DNA of 64,000 nt from Nitrospirota bacterium (GCA_963663225.1 OY760142.1:2944001-3008000), one strand, 5' to 3'; counted from the first letter of the stretch, positions 9,207 through 19,640 are shown. Program-made: numbers and translations. Notes: generated by a model not told the origin, from the sequence alone.

Positions 9207-11279
9207 TCACTGTTTCATCCCTGTGAACAATGTTTGAAAGTAGAACTTGCCGAGAGCCATCAGGGGGAAACAATTCCGGTAATTATGATATCGAATGAAA
9301 AAGTGTTTCGGGAAACCGGTGCCGGTAAAGGATTCTTCATCCCACGTCCCGTCTTCCTTCTGATGCCTGAGAAGATAGGCCACTCCCTTTAAGACTTCCT
9401 GCGAACCAGCTTCACCAGCTGAAATCAAAGCGAGAATAGCCCAGGCCGTTTGCGAAGGGGTGCTTTCAACGCATCCCTGAGGAAGATCGTCATTATAAGA
9501 CGCGCAACTCTCTCCCCAGCCTCCGTCAAGGTTTTGTGACGATTTCAGCCAAGAAACTGTTTTTCGTATATAGGGACTCGCCATATCTTCACCGATTGCA
9601 CGCAATCCGGCGAGAACCGTGCTGGTACCGTACAGGTAGTTTACACCCCACCTGCCCCACCATGAACCGTTGTCTTCCTGTTCACGTTTTATAAATGCTA
9701 GTGCGCGCTTCACGCGGGGGTCCGATCGTTTGAAATGCAGCGTTCCCAGAAGTTCCAGAACCCGGCCGGTAAGGTCCGCTGTGCTGGGGTCGATCATTGC
9801 TTTGAGATCTCCGTAGGGCAGATTGTTCAAAAAATCCTTGTTGTTGTCCACATCAAAGGCACCCCAGCCGCCGTCTTTTCCCTGCATGCCAAGAACCCAA
9901 TTCACTCCTTTTTGGAGGTTTTCTGGCGTTACAAAGTTTGTATCCGCAAAATGGTTTAAATAAAGAAGAACTATGCCGGTATCATCCACATCAGGATACC
10001 AGCTGTTGTCAAATTCAAAAGCCCACCCGCCCGGTTCGAGATTCGGTCTTTTAATGCTCCAGTCGCCCTTCTGGAAAATCTGTTTTGATGCCAGCCAGGA
10101 GCACGCTTTTTCCAGCGCCGGGTGGTTTCGTTCCACACCGGAGGAGATCAACCCAATGCCGGTAAGAGCAGTGTCCCAGATGGGAGAGATGCATGATTGG
10201 AGCGTCAATTCGTCTTCCGTTTCGATGGTAAATCTCTTGAGTGCTTCAAGTCCTTTTTTCACCGGTTCAGAATTATTGTCATATCCCAACAACGCCAGCG
10301 CAAGAAGAGAATTCACCATTGCAGGCTGGATACCTCCCCAGTCGCCGCTCTCATCCTGGTGGTCAAGAATCCATTGCTCGGTCCTTTTCACGGCCGTTTT
10401 CATAAAGGGGCGCACCGGAAGATTTTCCCATACCTTCAAGAGGCCGTCCATGCTCAGGCAGATGGTGTAAATCCCGGAGATATTCTGTGCCGGAAGGTTG
10501 TCCCAGGTCTTTAAAATGCTGTTGAATACAAACGGCACCTTTTTCCAAGAAAATGGCGCCAGCTTTTCCGGGGCCGTTTCCGGCACCCAAATAGGGTCCT
10601 GATAAATTTCACGGATAAATGCACTTTCCGGGATTTCTTTCACCGGTTTATGCATCAGGACCACGGTCAGCGGCACGATGGTGGAGCGAGCCCAACTCGA
10701 ACAGGTATAAATATTGATCGGAAACCACGAAGGGAACAGATTGACTTCTATGGGAAGAGAAGGAAGTGCTTTCCAGTCGAATTGTCCGAACAAAGAAAGA
10801 TACACTTTCGTGAACACCCTTGTTGCCTCTACTCCCCCGTTCCGGAGAATAAATTCCCGCGCTTTTTTTAACGGTTCGCTGTCTGGCGATACGCCGGCAA
10901 GCTTTAAGGCAAAATACGCTTCCACTGTTGTGCTGATATCTCCAGGGCCTCCCCAATACAATGCCCATGTCCCATCTGAACGTTGATGGCGGAGAATGTT
11001 GTTGGTAATCTTTCTGTCCGTTTCTTCATCGCGCAAGTCCAGAAAATGAAGAAGCATCAGGTATTCCGCCGTTATCGTCACATTGGATTCAAGTTCATAC
11101 CACCAGTAGCCATCCGGATGTTGCTGCTCAAGATAATATGATTGCGTTTGCCGCAGAGAGGCGGACAGCCGCCCTAAGAGGGTTTCCCGATTCAGGAAAG
11201 CATATACCTCTTCAGAACCGGATTCCTGTGGAGTGGAATTATCTTTTAACGTGGTCATGTCTTTCTTATGCTGCGACAT
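9207..11279 (-). CDS. shc: squalene-hopene cyclase
   Basis: YPDVDDT catalytic DxDD motif; QW repeats (Q..DG.W); WGGIQP, GRWGVNY.YG and TGTGFP motifs. Confidence 0.97.
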   Translation of the reverse strand: MSQHKKDMTTLKDNSTPQESGSEEVYAFLNRETLLGRLSASLRQTQSYYLEQQHPDGYWWYELESNVTITAEYLMLLHFLDLRDEETDRKITNNILRHQRSDGTWALYWGGPGDISTTVEAYFALKLAGVSPDSEPLKKAREFILRNGGVEATRVFTKVYLSLFGQFDWKALPSLPIEVNLFPSWFPINIYTCSSWARSTIVPLTVVLMHKPVKEIPESAFIREIYQDPIWVPETAPEKLAPFSWKKVPFVFNSILKTWDNLPAQNISGIYTICLSMDGLLKVWENLPVRPFMKTAVKRTEQWILDHQDESGDWGGIQPAMVNSLLALALLGYDNNSEPVKKGLEALKRFTIETEDELTLQSCISPIWDTALTGIGLISSGVERNHPALEKACSWLASKQIFQKGDWSIKRPNLEPGGWAFEFDNSWYPDVDDTGIVLLYLNHFADTNFVTPENLQKGVNWVLGMQGKDGGWGAFDVDNNKDFLNNLPYGDLKAMIDPSTADLTGRVLELLGTLHFKRSDPRVKRALAFIKREQEDNGSWWGRWGVNYLYGTSTVLAGLRAIGEDMASPYIRKTVSWLKSSQNLDGGWGESCASYNDDLPQGCVESTPSQTAWAILALISAGEAGSQEVLKGVAYLLRHQKEDGTWDEESFTGTGFPKHFFIRYHNYRNCFPLMALGKFYFQTLFTGMKQ

Positions 11280-11549
11280 CTGGGCTCCTTATCGAACTGT
11301 CTTGTGTGATAAACTTTCTGCAGACGCGTTGTTCTTGTCATCCCGTGGTCTATTATCCTGCGCTTTGATAAAAGGCAGAAAGCAACTCATGCGAAAACAA
11401 AATATAATAGTTCATTCCATATTTATAGCTTAATTTTCAGTTAAAAGCAAGAAAAGAATTTAGATAGAAAGCTAAGACCGGTTTCTGCTCACAGAAGGTC
11501 GTATTGTGGATGATTGCTGCCGATTTTCGAGTTCTCTTGTTTTCATGCC

Positions 11550-14225
11550 TTATATTACATTTGCGTCATTTGGCTTATCATTTTTGCTCAATGATTTGAT
11601 CCGATTTCCAAAAAGCTGAAACATGGCCGGCATCAGAACAAGGGTGCTGATAATCAGGAAACCGAAGCACACGGTGAGTAATATCCCTATGCTCGCAATT
11701 CCGCGATGCGATGAAAACGCCAAACTGCCTGTGCTGATCATGGTTGTCAGGGAGCTGAATAAAATCGCCCGGGCAGTGCTTGTCTTCAGCATGTTTCCGT
11801 CTGCGGGAGGCTCGGTCTGATACCGGAGCGTAAACAGTATGCCGTTATGGACCCCCACTCCCAGCAGCAGCGGCACGACAATCACATTGGCAAAGTTCAG
11901 TGGAATATTAAGAAGCACCGAGGAGGCAGCCGTCAACAGCATTGCAAGCGCCAGGGGAATTAAGATCAGCACGGTTACCAAAAAACTCCTCATGGAGACA
12001 AGAAGAAAAATGGTTATGGCAACCAGCGCAAGGAGGACGGCTAATTGAAAGGATGAAATGACCGCCATTCCCGCTTCATAAACAGTTATGGGAGAGTCTG
12101 TTCCGTCCTGCGTCAATCCGCGCAAAGCGTACACAAAGCGGACAAGCGCATCTCTATTCAGAACGTTTTCTTTGGGAAATACCTGTATACGGTACCGCCC
12201 GTCGGACGCCACATACTGGTCTTTCAACTCCTGGGGAATATCTGAAAACCGCACATTTTTCGGAGAAAGTGAAATATCCAGCTTTTTGAACAAATCCGGC
12301 AGGTTTGACAACATCCCCTGCTCCAACAGGGTAAATGCTTTGCATCCCTTTTCAGGATTTTCCTGAAGCGATTTAAAGCGCTGAAGCTGTAGATGGAGTT
12401 CCTGTAACGTCGCAGGAGAACCGCCGGCAGAGGCACGGAGCGCCTTTTGGACCGTTTTGTCCAGCGCGTTCAGCGCCGCAACATCCTGTCGGCATGATGC
12501 AGGTTTTACGGAAATATGACCGAGCGGTGGCATAAAAAACCGGACATCGGCAAGAATGGCCTGTTTCTGCGTCTGCTGCTCCGGGATAAAATCAAATATC
12601 GTGATTGCCATGTTGACTTCTTTAAGCTTCCCTATTTTTTCGGCAAGTGCTGCTGTTTCCTTTTTCCCTTTCACAAGGACCGACGCGGTCCAGGGGGTTG
12701 CATCCGGATCTTTAAAGAGATCCTGAACTGTTTGGAGCGCTTCAGATTTTGGATTGTAAAGATTCAACGGATTATAGTCGAAATATACTTTCGGCAAAAA
12801 TGCAAGGGCCCCCATTCCCAATATCAAAGAAACGACGATGATTGTTTTTGGATAGGTATATGGTATGGTTGCAACTCTCTGCACCGGGAATACGAATTGT
12901 TTTTTATTCTCCCGTACGGGGAAAATCGTCAGCAGTGCAGGCAAAAGCGTCATATTTGCAAAAAAGCTGATGAACATCCCCGTGCCGGCTATGAGTCCGA
13001 GATCGGTGACGCCCGCATATGCCGTCGGTGAGAAAGAATAGAAACCGATGGCGGTCGTGATGCAACTGAAGAGCAGTCCTCTTCCCACCCCTTTTGCCGT
13101 AGTGAGGTCGCTCTCCTGGAATCCGGCCCCAGAAACGAGCAATTCCCTGAAACGGAGGCAAAATTGAATGCTGTAATCAATTCCCAGGCCTATAAAGAGC
13201 ACAGCAAAGGTCATGGAAATCATGTTGAGACTGCCGATAAAAAAGACCGCAAATCCTAAAGTCCAGATGAGACCAACAAGCAAGGTCAGGAGACTCGAAA
13301 AGATAAGTCTGCCTGATCTCCACAACCCGATGTACAAAATAAGGGCCACCAGCATAAAGGATGCAACCGTGGCTATGCCGACACTGTTACGAACCTCCTC
13401 CAGGTTCTCCTGATCAAGGGCCATATCACCGGTAATACGGACCGTTACGCCGTCGACATTCGCAAGGCCGAGTTGCTGTATCATGGCGCGCACAGCATCA
13501 AGCGGTTCCTGGCCGGCCGCAAGTTGCGTAAAATCCATGACCGGCTGAACAATGATGAATTGCCGTCTCTGGCGGGCGTTTTCCTTTTCCCCGAGCATGA
13601 GTTCCTGCCACGGCAAGGAGTATGGTCGGTCGTTGGCCGCGTTTTCAAGTGAACGGCTCATTTCGTCGAATAGTTTCAGCGCCCGTTTATCCTTCAGTGG
13701 CCCTTCTTCGGGATGTTCCAGAATCGTTCTATAGACGGAAAAGAGACCGGGCAAACTCATGTCCTTCGATAACAATCCAAGAAACGGCTGTGCGGCAGCC
13801 ATATTATCGGCGAAATCCTGCAATTCGGCCACAGTGAGATAGAGAAGTCCGTTCTGTTCGAAGAAATTTCCTCCGCCGGGCACATACATGTTTTTAAAGC
13901 GTTCTTTTTTCTTGTTCAGACCTTCGACAAGCCGGTCTCTTGCAGAGACGGCAAGGTCCGCGCTCTTAGCATCAATAACCAGAACAATGGTGTTTGAAAG
14001 GTTCGGAAATGCCTGGATGAAGTCTTTCTCGACCTGACGGTAATGAAGCTTTGACGAGATCATGTTGGAGCTGTCAAGGTCGATGTTAAAGTGCGTTATC
14101 GAATAAAAAAGCACTATTGCCGTGGAAATAAGAGCTGCGGTAAGTATCGTGCGGGCGTGCCGCTGAACGGAATCGACCCACCAGGAAAGGATCTTCTGTA
14201 TATATTCTTTATGCTGTGCCGTCAT
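11550..14225 (-). CDS. hpnN: hopanoid transporter HpnN (RND/MMPL family)
   Basis: NGLLYL, AAQPFL, GLGIDY, TTAIGF and LNFAN motifs; two TM bundles; upstream of shc. Confidence 0.9.
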   Translation of the reverse strand: MTAQHKEYIQKILSWWVDSVQRHARTILTAALISTAIVLFYSITHFNIDLDSSNMISSKLHYRQVEKDFIQAFPNLSNTIVLVIDAKSADLAVSARDRLVEGLNKKKERFKNMYVPGGGNFFEQNGLLYLTVAELQDFADNMAAAQPFLGLLSKDMSLPGLFSVYRTILEHPEEGPLKDKRALKLFDEMSRSLENAANDRPYSLPWQELMLGEKENARQRRQFIIVQPVMDFTQLAAGQEPLDAVRAMIQQLGLANVDGVTVRITGDMALDQENLEEVRNSVGIATVASFMLVALILYIGLWRSGRLIFSSLLTLLVGLIWTLGFAVFFIGSLNMISMTFAVLFIGLGIDYSIQFCLRFRELLVSGAGFQESDLTTAKGVGRGLLFSCITTAIGFYSFSPTAYAGVTDLGLIAGTGMFISFFANMTLLPALLTIFPVRENKKQFVFPVQRVATIPYTYPKTIIVVSLILGMGALAFLPKVYFDYNPLNLYNPKSEALQTVQDLFKDPDATPWTASVLVKGKKETAALAEKIGKLKEVNMAITIFDFIPEQQTQKQAILADVRFFMPPLGHISVKPASCRQDVAALNALDKTVQKALRASAGGSPATLQELHLQLQRFKSLQENPEKGCKAFTLLEQGMLSNLPDLFKKLDISLSPKNVRFSDIPQELKDQYVASDGRYRIQVFPKENVLNRDALVRFVYALRGLTQDGTDSPITVYEAGMAVISSFQLAVLLALVAITIFLLVSMRSFLVTVLILIPLALAMLLTAASSVLLNIPLNFANVIVVPLLLGVGVHNGILFTLRYQTEPPADGNMLKTSTARAILFSSLTTMISTGSLAFSSHRGIASIGILLTVCFGFLIISTLVLMPAMFQLFGNRIKSLSKNDKPNDANVI

Positions 14226-14491
14226 TGTATACGTTACCGCCGTTTTTTAACCTTCCCGGTCGTGGCCGCTGATGAAGCAACAGGACAGTCTGAGCGATGG
14301 CATAATACATACCAGAAAACATGCACTGTTCCTGCAGGGATTATCCATATCCGGGAAGGAATGAATGCGCGCTGAAGCTGCATGGCGCGGGAAACCGTGT
14401 TCCACTAAAAGTACCTGGTTGTGCGCCGCTTCCGGTGATGGTGTGACAGGATATTGAACCTGCCATGCTGCGCAAAGGGTAATTTTTTTGT

Positions 14492-14500
14492 TGCTATAAT
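14492..14500 (+). promoter_or_regulatory. extended -10 promoter for hpnM-mlaA
   Basis: TGCTATAAT ~57 nt upstream of the ATG at 14558; GAGG RBS. Confidence 0.5.
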
Positions 14501-14557
14501 AGCAGAAATCATATATTTTGGACACTTAAAAATATCAAAAAACAGAAAGAGGTAACA

Positions 14558-15199
14558 ATGCAGGACAGCTCACAAACATGGACTAAACTTTTTTCCCCGA
14601 TTATTGTTCTGATAGCCGTATGCATAATCGCGTCGCCGCATATTGCCATGGCAGATCATCCGGGGCCGAAAGAAAGCATCCAGTCATTGAACGCTTCACT
14701 CCTGGACGCCATGCAACGCGCTGATGCACTTGGCTATGGAGGGCGCTATAAACTGCTGGAACCGGTCATCAAAGATACGTTTGCTTTTTCTTTCATGGGA
14801 TCGAAATCGGTCGGCAGGTTCTGGGAAAAACTGAGCGAAGAGCAAAGAAGCATGTTCTCCAAAACGTATGAAGAATGGTCCATTGCAACCTATGCGGGAC
14901 GCTTTGACGGCTATTCCGGAGAAAAATTCGAGGTCATTTCAGAATCAACACCGGTTCAGGGAACAGTCACGGTAATCAGCAAGTTAATCCAGGCGAATGA
15001 AGAACCGATCACCTTTTACTATTTGATGCGCATGATCGACGGCAGGTGGCGCGTCGTTGACATTCAAATATCCGGTGTAAGCCAGCTTGCGCTCACACGG
15101 GCGCAATTTTCCGATGTCCTGAAATCAAAAGGCTTCACCGCACTAATTACGATGCTGAAGGAAAAAACCGCTGCATTTGCAAAACCCAAAAAACAGTAA
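14558..15199 (+). CDS. hpnM: HpnM / MlaC (Ttg2D) family periplasmic lipid carrier
   Basis: Signal peptide; YA.RF..YSGE.F and WR.VD....GVS.LA..R.QF motifs; divergent from hpnN. Confidence 0.82.
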   Translation: MQDSSQTWTKLFSPIIVLIAVCIIASPHIAMADHPGPKESIQSLNASLLDAMQRADALGYGGRYKLLEPVIKDTFAFSFMGSKSVGRFWEKLSEEQRSMFSKTYEEWSIATYAGRFDGYSGEKFEVISESTPVQGTVTVISKLIQANEEPITFYYLMRMIDGRWRVVDIQISGVSQLALTRAQFSDVLKSKGFTALITMLKEKTAAFAKPKKQ

Positions 15200-15200
15200 C

Positions 15201-16031
15201 ATGACTTCGTTTTATTTGAAAAACAACAGCGTGCAAAAAACAATCAGGCTGTCATTCACCCTCAGCCTTGTCTTTATGCTTTTTGCCTGTGCTTCCGGCA
15301 AACACACACAGCCAGATCTGCAGGAACCGGCAAAAAATGAGACCCCCGCACGACCACAGGCCCCCGCCGCTGAACAACAGGCCGCACAGGATGCAATCCC
15401 GGGTTTTGACAACCTGGAAGAAGAGCCCGTGGCAGACCCGCTTGAACCCTGGAACAGGGCGATGTTCACCTTCAACGACAAAGTATACTTCTGGGCCATG
15501 AAACCTGTGATAAAAGGGTATAATTGGGTTGTTCCGGAAGTGGCACGGAAATCAATTCATAATTTCTTTGTTAATATTGAAATGCCCAGCCGATTCATAA
15601 GTTCGTTGCTGCAGTTGCAGCTTAAAGCGGCCGGGGTGGAACTCGCCCGATTTGCCATTAATTCCACCATCGGCATAGCGGGACTTTTCGATGTTGCCAT
15701 GAGCACATTCAAGCTCGAACGCCAGATAAAAGACCTCGGCCAGACCCTTGGGAAATACGGCATTGGTGAAGGCTTTTATATTATCTGGCCTTTTCTCGGC
15801 CCCTCGTCCGCACGGGACACCATAGGCATCGCTGGCGAAATATACTTGTCGCCATGGGCGCACGTTAATCCCGCTGCTGCAGCAGCCGGCATCGGCGGCT
15901 TCGGATATTTTAACAAAGCATCCCTTGAATCGAATGAATATGAAGAATTGGTCAGTACAGCAGTGGAGCCGTATTCTGCCCTCAAAAATGCTTTTATTCA
16001 ATATCGAAGAGACATTGTAAAAAACAAGTAA
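15201..16031 (+). CDS. mlaA: MlaA/VacJ family outer-membrane lipoprotein
   Basis: Lipobox LFAC; DPLEPWNR.MF.FND, RF.INST.G..GLFD, DLGQTLG.YG and P.LGPSS.RD motifs. Confidence 0.92.
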   Translation: MTSFYLKNNSVQKTIRLSFTLSLVFMLFACASGKHTQPDLQEPAKNETPARPQAPAAEQQAAQDAIPGFDNLEEEPVADPLEPWNRAMFTFNDKVYFWAMKPVIKGYNWVVPEVARKSIHNFFVNIEMPSRFISSLLQLQLKAAGVELARFAINSTIGIAGLFDVAMSTFKLERQIKDLGQTLGKYGIGEGFYIIWPFLGPSSARDTIGIAGEIYLSPWAHVNPAAAAAGIGGFGYFNKASLESNEYEELVSTAVEPYSALKNAFIQYRRDIVKNK

Positions 16032-16173
16032 CCCCCTTCGCACACGTCACTCGGAAATTTTCTTCACCGCTTTCCCCTTCCGTTTCCAGAACAGATCCCG
16101 CAACAATCCCCACGTCAAGAACAGTACCGTATCGAATTTTAAAAAAAAAATTCCGGGCTTGTTTCGTGATGAA

Positions 16174-16202
16174 TTGCAATCATGTCAAGAACATCGTATA
16201 AT
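16174..16202 (+). promoter_or_regulatory. sigma70 promoter of the AsmA-like gene
   Basis: TTGCAA-N17-TATAAT; AAGGAG RBS. Confidence 0.65.
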
Positions 16203-16219
16203 CAAACAAAAGGAGAGTC

Positions 16220-18538
16220 ATGCCCCGAAAAAAAATCATACGGCTGTTGCTGATAGGGTCTGCAGGATTCTTCCTCACGGCAGTCATCACTCTGACAATT
16301 GCCGGATCCTGGTATGTCAACTCCGACCGGTTTCAAAATAATATTCGATCAATCGTAACGGAAAAGCTCGGCAATCATGTACAGTTCCAGCGGGTAAGTC
16401 TTTCTCTTTTGTTTCGTCCGCACCTGACTTTTTACAATGTCAATGTCTCCGTGCCGGAAACAACAACCGGCACCGTACAGGCAATACATATCTATCCCAA
16501 ACTCTGGCCCCTTCTGACCGGCACGTTTCAGATAGCAAAATTCCGGGCAACAGCACCTGATTTTTCAATAAAACTTCCCGCCGAAACGGAACAGTCGAAG
16601 CGGGAAGGTATTTCCTTCTTAGACGTCAAGGAAGATATAGCATCCGTACTCAATGTTCTGCGGTCTATCGATCCCGATCTGATTATTGAGGTAAAAAACG
16701 GAAAGTTGCTTGTGTCACGCACAGAGAGCAATGCTATCTTTGCCGCACATGATATCCGGGGACGCCTCGGCCTGCTGCCGCAGGGATTTGATCTCAGCGT
16801 GTGGGGAAATCCTGACCGTCTCGGGCCTACTTCCATACACGGACGGTTTGCCGTCGCTGGAAATCGCGTTGCCGCTGACAATGTCAAAATTGCCGTATCA
16901 GACTCGACAATCGTATCGTCGGGGGAGGTTGTCCACTCCATCGGAAATATTCATCTGCTGGATATATCAATGGACGGGACGCTCGGTAAAAAAACGGTGC
17001 AATTGATATCAAGTTTCTTCAACCTGCCGCCTGAACAGACCATACGCGCGCCTCTTGCTCTTTCCCAGGCCCGCTTGATCTGGAAACCAGGTCCAGAGGC
17101 CTCGTTGAGCGGTACCTTCGCTCTTAAAAAAGGCCCCACGATTTCACTGCAAGGAAGCATGAATCCAAAAGAGCTGTCTGTTTCCCGGCTCGTCATTCAA
17201 GACACTGAATCCAGTGCCTCCCTGTCTTTTAAACATACGAAAAAAGATATAGACATTTCCTTCAAAGGAAGTCTGAATGAAAAAACCCTCGAGAAACTTT
17301 TCGAACGTACCTCCTTCCACCACGGATGGATACGGGGAAACTTCACTGCCCATATTCAGCCGGATAATCCCTGGAAATCGTCTGCCAGCGGCACTATTGA
17401 AGGTTCCAACATCATTCTTCCTCTCGGGCCGGCCACCCCTCTTAAGATAGCCGCTATCGCGCTGAAGGCGGACAATAAAACAGCAACATTGCAAAAAGGT
17501 GCATTCAGTTGGGAAGATGCAACCTTTACGCTCGCAGGAACTCTTCAGGCATCATCAGCTGGTTTCTATCTCAATATGGACCTGTCCTCCGATGCAATAA
17601 AGATAGAAACCATTCAACGGGCATTGTCTCTGGGAAACAGGGACACCAGCGTGCAGGAACAGGAAGAAGAAACAGAACATTTTCCTCTTTTCGGGACCGT
17701 CCACCTCAACGCAAACAGCATTTCATACGGACGATTTTCCACCTCCCCGGTTCAGGCAGACATCACCCTGGACCAGCGCGGCATCCACGTTGCATTTCTT
17801 AAGGCGTCACTATGCGGTATCTCTCTTCCCGGCACCATGACCGTGTTTGACGACGAATTTTTTCTTGATTTTAAACCTGATTCCGTTCAACAACCTTTTG
17901 AATCCACCCTCCTGTGCCTGACGGGTTCGGACAACACCAGGATTACCGGGACCTTTGATCTGCAGAGCCATCTGTATACACAAGGCAAAAGCGATGACCT
18001 GATCCGCACGCTGCAGGGACGAGTGACGTTCACGGCAAAAGAGGGGGAAATTTATCGGTATCCGCTTCTCGCACGAATTTTTGCTGCGATAAACATTACC
18101 GACATGATGCGGGGAAAATTCCCCGATTTAAGCCGCACGGGATTTGCCTATAATGCACTTACCGTCAAAGGCGTCATGAAAAACGGGAAACTCCTGCTGC
18201 ACGAGGCAACCATCGACGGCATCACGGCCAATCTTGCCGCTCAGGGAGAGATTGACATTGCGGATGGCAATATTGATATTACGGTACTGGTCGCACCTTT
18301 TAAAACGGTGGATTTTATCGTCAAAAACATCCCGCTGGTGGGCGATGTGCTCGGCAACACGCTGATAACAATCCCGGTGAAAGTGCAAGGAAAAATCAAT
18401 GATCCTACGGTCACCATTCTTTCTCCTACCGCGATAGGAGAAGGTCTTATCGGCATCATGAAACGCACATTGCAGCTTCCTTTTAAAGTGATACAGCCCA
18501 TACTGCCCGACAAAAAACAGAGCCAGCCGCACCAGTAA
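16220..18538 (+). CDS. AsmA-like (YhdP/AsmA_2 C-terminal) protein
   Basis: N-terminal membrane anchor; long beta-strand-rich body; C-terminal G.ID...VAP....D.....IP.VG..L...V.G...DP.V pattern. Confidence 0.8.
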   Translation: MPRKKIIRLLLIGSAGFFLTAVITLTIAGSWYVNSDRFQNNIRSIVTEKLGNHVQFQRVSLSLLFRPHLTFYNVNVSVPETTTGTVQAIHIYPKLWPLLTGTFQIAKFRATAPDFSIKLPAETEQSKREGISFLDVKEDIASVLNVLRSIDPDLIIEVKNGKLLVSRTESNAIFAAHDIRGRLGLLPQGFDLSVWGNPDRLGPTSIHGRFAVAGNRVAADNVKIAVSDSTIVSSGEVVHSIGNIHLLDISMDGTLGKKTVQLISSFFNLPPEQTIRAPLALSQARLIWKPGPEASLSGTFALKKGPTISLQGSMNPKELSVSRLVIQDTESSASLSFKHTKKDIDISFKGSLNEKTLEKLFERTSFHHGWIRGNFTAHIQPDNPWKSSASGTIEGSNIILPLGPATPLKIAAIALKADNKTATLQKGAFSWEDATFTLAGTLQASSAGFYLNMDLSSDAIKIETIQRALSLGNRDTSVQEQEEETEHFPLFGTVHLNANSISYGRFSTSPVQADITLDQRGIHVAFLKASLCGISLPGTMTVFDDEFFLDFKPDSVQQPFESTLLCLTGSDNTRITGTFDLQSHLYTQGKSDDLIRTLQGRVTFTAKEGEIYRYPLLARIFAAINITDMMRGKFPDLSRTGFAYNALTVKGVMKNGKLLLHEATIDGITANLAAQGEIDIADGNIDITVLVAPFKTVDFIVKNIPLVGDVLGNTLITIPVKVQGKINDPTVTILSPTAIGEGLIGIMKRTLQLPFKVIQPILPDKKQSQPHQ

Positions 18539-18666
18539 TGCATCGTTTCAGAAACCGGAAAGAACCAGAAGAGTCGAATGACAAAGAGAGATAGGTACGT
18601 CGGTGAAAAATCGGAGAGAAAAGAATTCTCCCGCGGAATGGGGCGGAGAGACCTCGAACCACGTGT

Positions 18667-18933
18667 TTATTTTTCTATTTTGAACTTTAAAAAACCGGCA
18701 AAAAACCCTGCCGCCGCGCCGACCGCATAGAGCGCGTCGGTCCTCATCGTTACGCCCAGCAAGTTGAGCCCTTCCACAATCCACGATCCGATAACAGTAA
18801 GCGAAAGCAGCCAGGAAGTAAACGCGCCGACAATTACGCCCATGATAATGTTCGTAAACAGAAAAACAGTAAAAATGCTCATCGTTGTGAGCCACATACT
18901 GAAAAAATTACGCCAGCGGTGTTTTGTCAGCAT
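18667..18933 (-). CDS. small hypothetical membrane protein
   Basis: Hydrophobic ~88 aa ORF; GGAG 9 nt before ATG 18933; own promoter upstream. Confidence 0.5.
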   Translation of the reverse strand: MLTKHRWRNFFSMWLTTMSIFTVFLFTNIIMGVIVGAFTSWLLSLTVIGSWIVEGLNLLGVTMRTDALYAVGAAAGFFAGFLKFKIEK

Positions 18934-19029
18934 TTCGGCAACTCCGGGGAAGAAAGCAATTGGGCACGCCATCTGCCGTTTCGTTGATTAATTGTCTTGC
19001 GAAATCGTTATGCCGTCTCGATAAAAATT

Positions 19030-19058
19030 ATCTTATAGGACACCGGTCGTCTTGTCAA
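19030..19058 (-). promoter_or_regulatory. sigma70 promoter for the small membrane protein gene
   Basis: TTGACA-N17-TAAGAT. Confidence 0.6.
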
Positions 19059-19075
19059 GCCGTCATCGGTTCTGC

Positions 19076-19543
19076 CTACAGTGCATTCTGCCGGGACCAT
19101 ACAGTTGTACGGCCTAAAAATGACAGGCCGATAAATCCTCTCAATTCCAGTTTTTGAGGAGACACAAGGCGGATTTTCCCCTTATAATTCTTGCCGTTAT
19201 CAGAATTGTAAATCGTCCCGCCGTTCCATACGTTGCTTTCCGTGAATTCAAAATCTGAAAAAATCTGAAGCCCTAAGAGAGGGCGTTTCCTCATATCCGG
19301 ACTTGGATTATTATGGTCAAGCATGGGTGTACCGGGAATTCCGTTTTTTGCATCCGTTGGGTATACCGGTTGATCAAGCCAGACAATGTAGGCACAGTAC
19401 TTCGAGCCGCATTTATTGATTTCCACTTTTGCATCATTATCTTCTGTTGTCCAGACGCCAAGGATGTCGTCCGGACCGGCCAAGCAGCATGTTGCGGTAA
19501 TCAAAAAAAGCGCTATAAGGAAAAAAAAGGCGGCAACCTTCAT
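19076..19543 (-). CDS. DUF2147 domain secreted protein
   Basis: Signal peptide; G.W.T, D.NNP....R.RPLLG, W..G.IY...NGK.Y and L.LRGFIG....GRT..W motifs; GAGGA RBS before ATG 19543. Confidence 0.88.
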   Translation of the reverse strand: MKVAAFFFLIALFLITATCCLAGPDDILGVWTTEDNDAKVEINKCGSKYCAYIVWLDQPVYPTDAKNGIPGTPMLDHNNPSPDMRKRPLLGLQIFSDFEFTESNVWNGGTIYNSDNGKNYKGKIRLVSPQKLELRGFIGLSFLGRTTVWSRQNAL

Positions 19544-19640
19544 AACATCCTCTATCATTCTTTCAGCCTTATCAAGAAAGCGCCTGGTTCCCTGCAAAGC
19601 AATAGCATCATTTCAAAACCAGGGAATAGTGCAACGGGAA

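Noticed and set aside
18637-18665. tRNA-3'-end-like sequence (GGTTCGAG...CTCTCCGCCCCA on the minus strand) as a second att site
   Set aside because: No T-stem pairing and no match to the tRNA-Arg or tRNA-Pro 3' ends.
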